DNA from: a virus
Taxonomy: Duplodnaviria > Caudoviricetes
IMG/VR virus record: IMGVR_UViG_3300017909_003696
Location: 1 to 38,147 of that record
Length of the DNA stretch: 38,147 nt
Direction: 5' to 3' (one strand)
Shown: one piece after another, positions 34,921 to 38,147 of the stretch
Layout of the letters: the number at the start of each line of letters is the position of its first letter
Numbering within the stretch: position 1 is the stretch's first letter
Notes under the pieces: generated by a model
Databases searched by the model: none
What the model saw: the letters and a program-made list of their open reading frames with translations, nothing else
What the model was told of the DNA's origin: nothing
Made by a program: the position numbers and the translations under genes

Positions 34921-36492
34921 ATGCCAGTTAATTTTACAGATAGCCCAAGTAATGGAGACACCCTCACAGCCGGTGGAAGAACTTATACGTATGATAGCAC
35001 TGCAGGAGTATGGGATATTACTTCCACAAGCGGTGGAGGTGGTGACAGTGCAGCCGGGGGTGGAACTCTTACAGCAACCGCAAGCGGCTCCCTTGCAAAT
35101 GGAGATTTAGTTCTAGTAAACTCCGATGGTAGCGTAAGTGCAGTATCGCAAACATCAAGCAGTGCAGGCGTAGGATCTGCAACTGTATTTGAGTCTGCTT
35201 CTACTTCCTATACTGCAGCTACGTTTGACTCAAATTCGGAAAAAGTTGTAATTGCATATGAAGACGTTGGAAACTCACAATATGGGACAGCCGTGGTAGG
35301 AACAGTATCGGGTAATAGTATTAGTTTTGGTACTCCAGTTGTTTTTGAAAGTGCAGAAGTAAGCTATGTTACAGCTACATTTGACTCAAACTCAAATAAA
35401 GTTGTAATTTTTTATAGAGATCACGGTAATTCAAATTATGGAACAGCGGTTGTTGGAACAGTTTCTGGTACAAGTATTAGTTTTGGCACTCCTGTCAATG
35501 TAGCTTCGCACAATGTCACAGACACTGCAATTACATTTGATTCTACCAATAATAAGATTGTAGTTGCTTATAGGAATAATACTGTTTCTAGCTATGGAAC
35601 AGCCGTGGTAGGAACAGTATCGGGTACAAGTATTAGTTTTGGTACTCCAGTTAATTACTATACAGGAATTAGTCTTCGTAATGCTCTTGCATTTGATTCT
35701 AGCAACGGTAAAGTTATAGTTGCTTACAGGGCTCACTCAAATAGTGGGCACGGGAGAGCACAAGTAGGAACAGTATCGGGTACGAGTATTAGTTTTGGCT
35801 CATCAGTAACGTATAACTCTTCAGGAACTACTTTAGAGTATAATAATGTGGTATTCGATTCTACTAATAATAAAGTAGTTATTCTGTACAGGGATTTAGC
35901 AAGCAGCTATTTTGGGGCTGCTATTGTAGGAACAGTTTCTGGTACAAGTATTAGTTTTGGCAGCGAAGCTACGTTTAACAATGCAACCACAAATTACATA
36001 TCTGCTCATTTTGATTCAGCAGCAAATAAGGTTATAATTGCTTATCAGGATGGAGGAAATTCTAGTTACGGGAATGCCATAGCAGGAACAGTTTCTGGTA
36101 CCAGTATTAGTTTTGGCACAGAAATTACATTAGAGAGTGCAAATAGTTCTTTTTTTGGATCTACCTTTGATACAGCTTCAAATAAATCTGTGTTTTCTTA
36201 TGTGGACGGAGGAAATTCAAATTATGGAACTGCTATTGTAGGACAACTTGCTGCTTCGAGTTCTACAAATCTTACAGAAACCAACTATATAGGAATCTCC
36301 GATGCAGCATACTCAGACTCTGCTACTGCAACAATTCAAGTAATTGGTTCAGTAGATGATGCTCAGTCGGGGCTAACGGCTGGTCAAGCTTACTATGTAC
36401 AAACTGATGGGTCCCTTTCAACAACTGCAGACTCTCCTTCAGTATTCGCAGGAACTGCTGTTTCAGCCACTGAAATAATAGTTAAAGGATAA
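34921..36492 (+). CDS. Beta-propeller fibre-associated / receptor-binding protein
   Basis: N-terminal F..SP..GD module, Gly linker, about seven 52-aa repeats (FDS...KVV..Y.D......YGTAVVGTVSGTSISFG); SD AGGAG. Confidence 0.8.
   Translation: MPVNFTDSPSNGDTLTAGGRTYTYDSTAGVWDITSTSGGGGDSAAGGGTLTATASGSLANGDLVLVNSDGSVSAVSQTSSSAGVGSATVFESASTSYTAATFDSNSEKVVIAYEDVGNSQYGTAVVGTVSGNSISFGTPVVFESAEVSYVTATFDSNSNKVVIFYRDHGNSNYGTAVVGTVSGTSISFGTPVNVASHNVTDTAITFDSTNNKIVVAYRNNTVSSYGTAVVGTVSGTSISFGTPVNYYTGISLRNALAFDSSNGKVIVAYRAHSNSGHGRAQVGTVSGTSISFGSSVTYNSSGTTLEYNNVVFDSTNNKVVILYRDLASSYFGAAIVGTVSGTSISFGSEATFNNATTNYISAHFDSAANKVIIAYQDGGNSSYGNAIAGTVSGTSISFGTEITLESANSSFFGSTFDTASNKSVFSYVDGGNSNYGTAIVGQLAASSSTNLTETNYIGISDAAYSDSATATIQVIGSVDDAQSGLTAGQAYYVQTDGSLSTTADSPSVFAGTAVSATEIIVKG
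35281..36243 (+). repeat. About 156-nt period blade repeats
   Basis: GTVSG(T/N)SISFG recurs six times with a seventh partial YGTAIVG; 35281-35340 and 35593-35652 are 57/60 identical. Confidence 0.9.
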
Positions 36493-36498
36493 AAAATT

Positions 36499-36738
36499 AT
36501 GAAAACAATAATCAGAAATGAAAGTAATTGGTCTCTATATATTTTTGAAGATAGCGTATCCATTTCTATAAACTCAGACTCTATAACTACGCCCGATTTT
36601 ATTATTGGAGACTTAAACTCTAGTAATGCTACTGTAGTGGAAAATATTACGCCTCCCAGTGACTGGACAGGCTGTAAATATATCTATGAGAACTCAACGT
36701 GGACATTAAATTCGGAGTGGATTGAGCCACCCACTTAG
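36499..36738 (+). CDS. Small fibre-associated protein, possible Tfa-like chaperone
   Basis: P.DW.G.KY.Y....W..N..W..PPT pattern; SD AAGGA; last gene of the operon. Confidence 0.6.
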   Translation: MKTIIRNESNWSLYIFEDSVSISINSDSITTPDFIIGDLNSSNATVVENITPPSDWTGCKYIYENSTWTLNSEWIEPPT

Positions 36739-36739
36739 T

Positions 36740-36768
36740 AAAAAAGGGGCCGAAGCCCCTTTCTTTTT
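36740..36768. terminator. Bidirectional Rho-independent terminator between convergent modules
   Basis: A6-GGGGC-CGAA-GCCCC-TTTCTTTTT; T tract on both strands (TTCG loop on the - strand). Confidence 0.92.
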
Positions 36769-36988
36769 ACTCCTCTGGGGGAGTTAGTGCTGTCTCTAGA
36801 TCTAAAACAAACCCCTCTTTTGCTCGGGTGAGCTGATGAGTTTTTGCTCGTAAAGGAGACAACTGGTTTTCAATATCTTGAATTTGATTTACAAGATATT
36901 TTTGCTCGTCTGTAAGATCTGCAATAGGATATTCCTGCCCATTAAAGTTCAATACAGGATTTTCTTCAGTTTGATCAACTTCTGACAT
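36767..36988 (-). CDS. Hypothetical protein (73 aa, beta-hairpin + coiled coil)
   Basis: L.FNG.EY.I.DL.DEQK.LVNQI.D pattern; co-oriented with nrdB; ends at the terminator. Confidence 0.75.
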   Translation of the reverse strand: MSEVDQTEENPVLNFNGQEYPIADLTDEQKYLVNQIQDIENQLSPLRAKTHQLTRAKEGFVLDLETALTPPEE

Positions 36989-36999
36989 GATAAGGTCCC

Positions 37000-37959
37000 T
37001 TATTTAAAAATGTCTTGCCAATTACCTGTAGTACTAGCGCGCGAGTACTCAGTGGCACGATTTTCGAAAAAGTTGGTATGTTCTATACCGTTTAACATAT
37101 AATCTAACCAAGGAAGAGGATTGTCTTCGCTTAGAAAGATTTTCTTTAATCCAAGACCTAGAAGCCTACGATCCGCAATATAACGAATATAGCTCTTTAC
37201 TTCTTCCGGCGTAAGGTCCGGAACTTCCGCTCCCTCAAAGCAAAGATCAATAAACGCATCTTCAAGCTCTACCGTGCGTTCTGCTGCACAATAAATTTCA
37301 TACTTTAGATCGTCTGTCCATAGTTCTGGATTTTCTTTTATAAAAGTACGAAATAGCTGTGACATACCTTCAACGTGCAATGTTTCGTCACGAATTGACC
37401 ATGTAACAATCTGTCCCATACCTTTCATTAAGTTATGACGAGGAAAGTTCAGTAGAATAGCAAAACTACTAAACAGCTGAACTCCCTCTGTGAATCCAGA
37501 ATAGATAGCCATGGTTTTTGCAATATCCATAGGTGTACCCATTCCAAAGTCATGTAGATATTCATGCTTATCAAGCATAGCCTTATGCTCAAAAAACTTT
37601 TGGTATTCGTCATCGCCGAATCCAAGTGTTTCAAGTAGCAAAGAGTATGCTTCCTGGTGTACTGCTTCCATAGCAGCAAATGCAGATAGCATCATTCTTA
37701 CTTCTGGCTGCTTGAATGTTGGTAGATAATGTTTTGCATATCCACAACATACATCAACATCCGCTTGAGTGAAGAAACGAAAAAGGCTTGATAGCAACTT
37801 TTTCTGTCCCTCAGTCATTTTCTCCCGATAGTCTTTTAAATCATCTGCAAGCGGCACTTCGTCAGGAAGCCAGTGCATGTGCTGCTGACTTTTATAGTGC
37901 TCAAATGCCCACGGATAACTAAAAGGTTTGTAATATTCTCTTTCCTGCAATAAATTCAT
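37000..37959 (-). CDS. nrdB: Ribonucleotide reductase class I beta subunit
   Basis: KPF.YPWA, HW.P.EV, FFTQAD, E.VH..AYS (radical Tyr), FTEG.QLFSSF, W..RDE.LH, NFFE.R.TEY. Confidence 0.97.
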   Translation of the reverse strand: MNLLQEREYYKPFSYPWAFEHYKSQQHMHWLPDEVPLADDLKDYREKMTEGQKKLLSSLFRFFTQADVDVCCGYAKHYLPTFKQPEVRMMLSAFAAMEAVHQEAYSLLLETLGFGDDEYQKFFEHKAMLDKHEYLHDFGMGTPMDIAKTMAIYSGFTEGVQLFSSFAILLNFPRHNLMKGMGQIVTWSIRDETLHVEGMSQLFRTFIKENPELWTDDLKYEIYCAAERTVELEDAFIDLCFEGAEVPDLTPEEVKSYIRYIADRRLLGLGLKKIFLSEDNPLPWLDYMLNGIEHTNFFENRATEYSRASTTGNWQDIFK

Positions 37960-37963
37960 TTTT

Positions 37964-38128
37964 TTACCAATTGTGAACTACGTTCGCCATGATGAAGAAA
38001 CAGGTTATAAAGTTGACAAGAACAATCAAAGTTCGTAGTACTGCTACAATATTATCATGTTCGGCTGTTTTTTCATCGCTAAAACTTCCGATTGTATATT
38101 TCCAAATCGTCCAAACTCTACCCCTCAC
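37964..38128 (-). CDS. Small hypothetical membrane protein between nrdA and nrdB
   Basis: W..WKY.IGSFSD.KT...DN plus hydrophobic C-terminal helix. Start uncertain: GTG 38128 overlapping the nrdA end is preferred over ATG 38146. Confidence 0.6.
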   Translation of the reverse strand: MRGRVWTIWKYTIGSFSDEKTAEHDNIVAVLRTLIVLVNFITCFFIMANVVHNW

Positions 38129-38147
38129 AAGCAAGACAACCATCATC
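38118..38147 (-). CDS. nrdA: Extreme C-terminus of ribonucleotide reductase alpha subunit (partial, not in ORF track)
   Basis: - strand reads GAT GAT GGT TGT CTT GCT TGT GAG GGG TAG = DDGCLACEG*, the typical NrdA redox CxxC tail, about 160 nt upstream of nrdB. Confidence 0.85.
   Translation of the reverse strand, partial: DDGCLACEG

Noticed and set aside
1469-35736. Numerous 60-210 aa minus-strand and alternate-frame ORFs inside structural genes
   Set aside because: Shadow ORFs expected from stop-poor antisense frames of G/S/T/A-rich genes; no recognisable motifs.
18407-36738. Invertible tail-fibre shufflon
   Set aside because: All genes are co-oriented; no recombinase or inverted crossover sites noticed.
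37449-37729. Overlapping ORFs within nrdB (possible intron or homing endonuclease)
   Set aside because: NrdB is continuous with all motifs at normal spacing; the overlapping ORFs lack nuclease motifs.
1-38147. tRNA, rRNA, integrase, lysis or defence genes
   Set aside because: None recognisable; intergenic gaps are short and explained by terminators, promoters and SD sites.

Overview
This window is the late (virion) region of a T5-like siphophage (Demerecviridae-like gene order), AT-rich and probably marine. On the + strand it carries the 3' end of the major capsid gene, head completion, an unusually long tail-completion protein, tail terminator, tail tube, baseplate tube, two tail-assembly-chaperone ORFs, tape measure, distal tail and a 2169-aa hub/central-fibre fusion with its chaperone. 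An 18.3-kb cluster of 11 fibre/adaptor genes (18407-36738) follows behind its own sigma70-type promoter. A bidirectional terminator separates these from a convergent - strand block: a 73-aa ORF, nrdB, a small membrane ORF and the last 9 residues of nrdA. Main observations: (1) paired terminal motifs across adjacent fibre genes suggest a daisy-chained, branched plug-and-socket fibre; (2) the tail-completion protein has a DRGH...QxxxxN-x7-E His-Me-finger nuclease-like motif set; (3) there is a probable +1 frameshift at UUU_CGU between the chaperone ORFs; (4) a triple nested domain insertion sits in the giant fibre; (5) beta-propellers are inserted into a split carrier domain in two genes. All family assignments come from synteny and motifs recognised by eye; no database searches were run.
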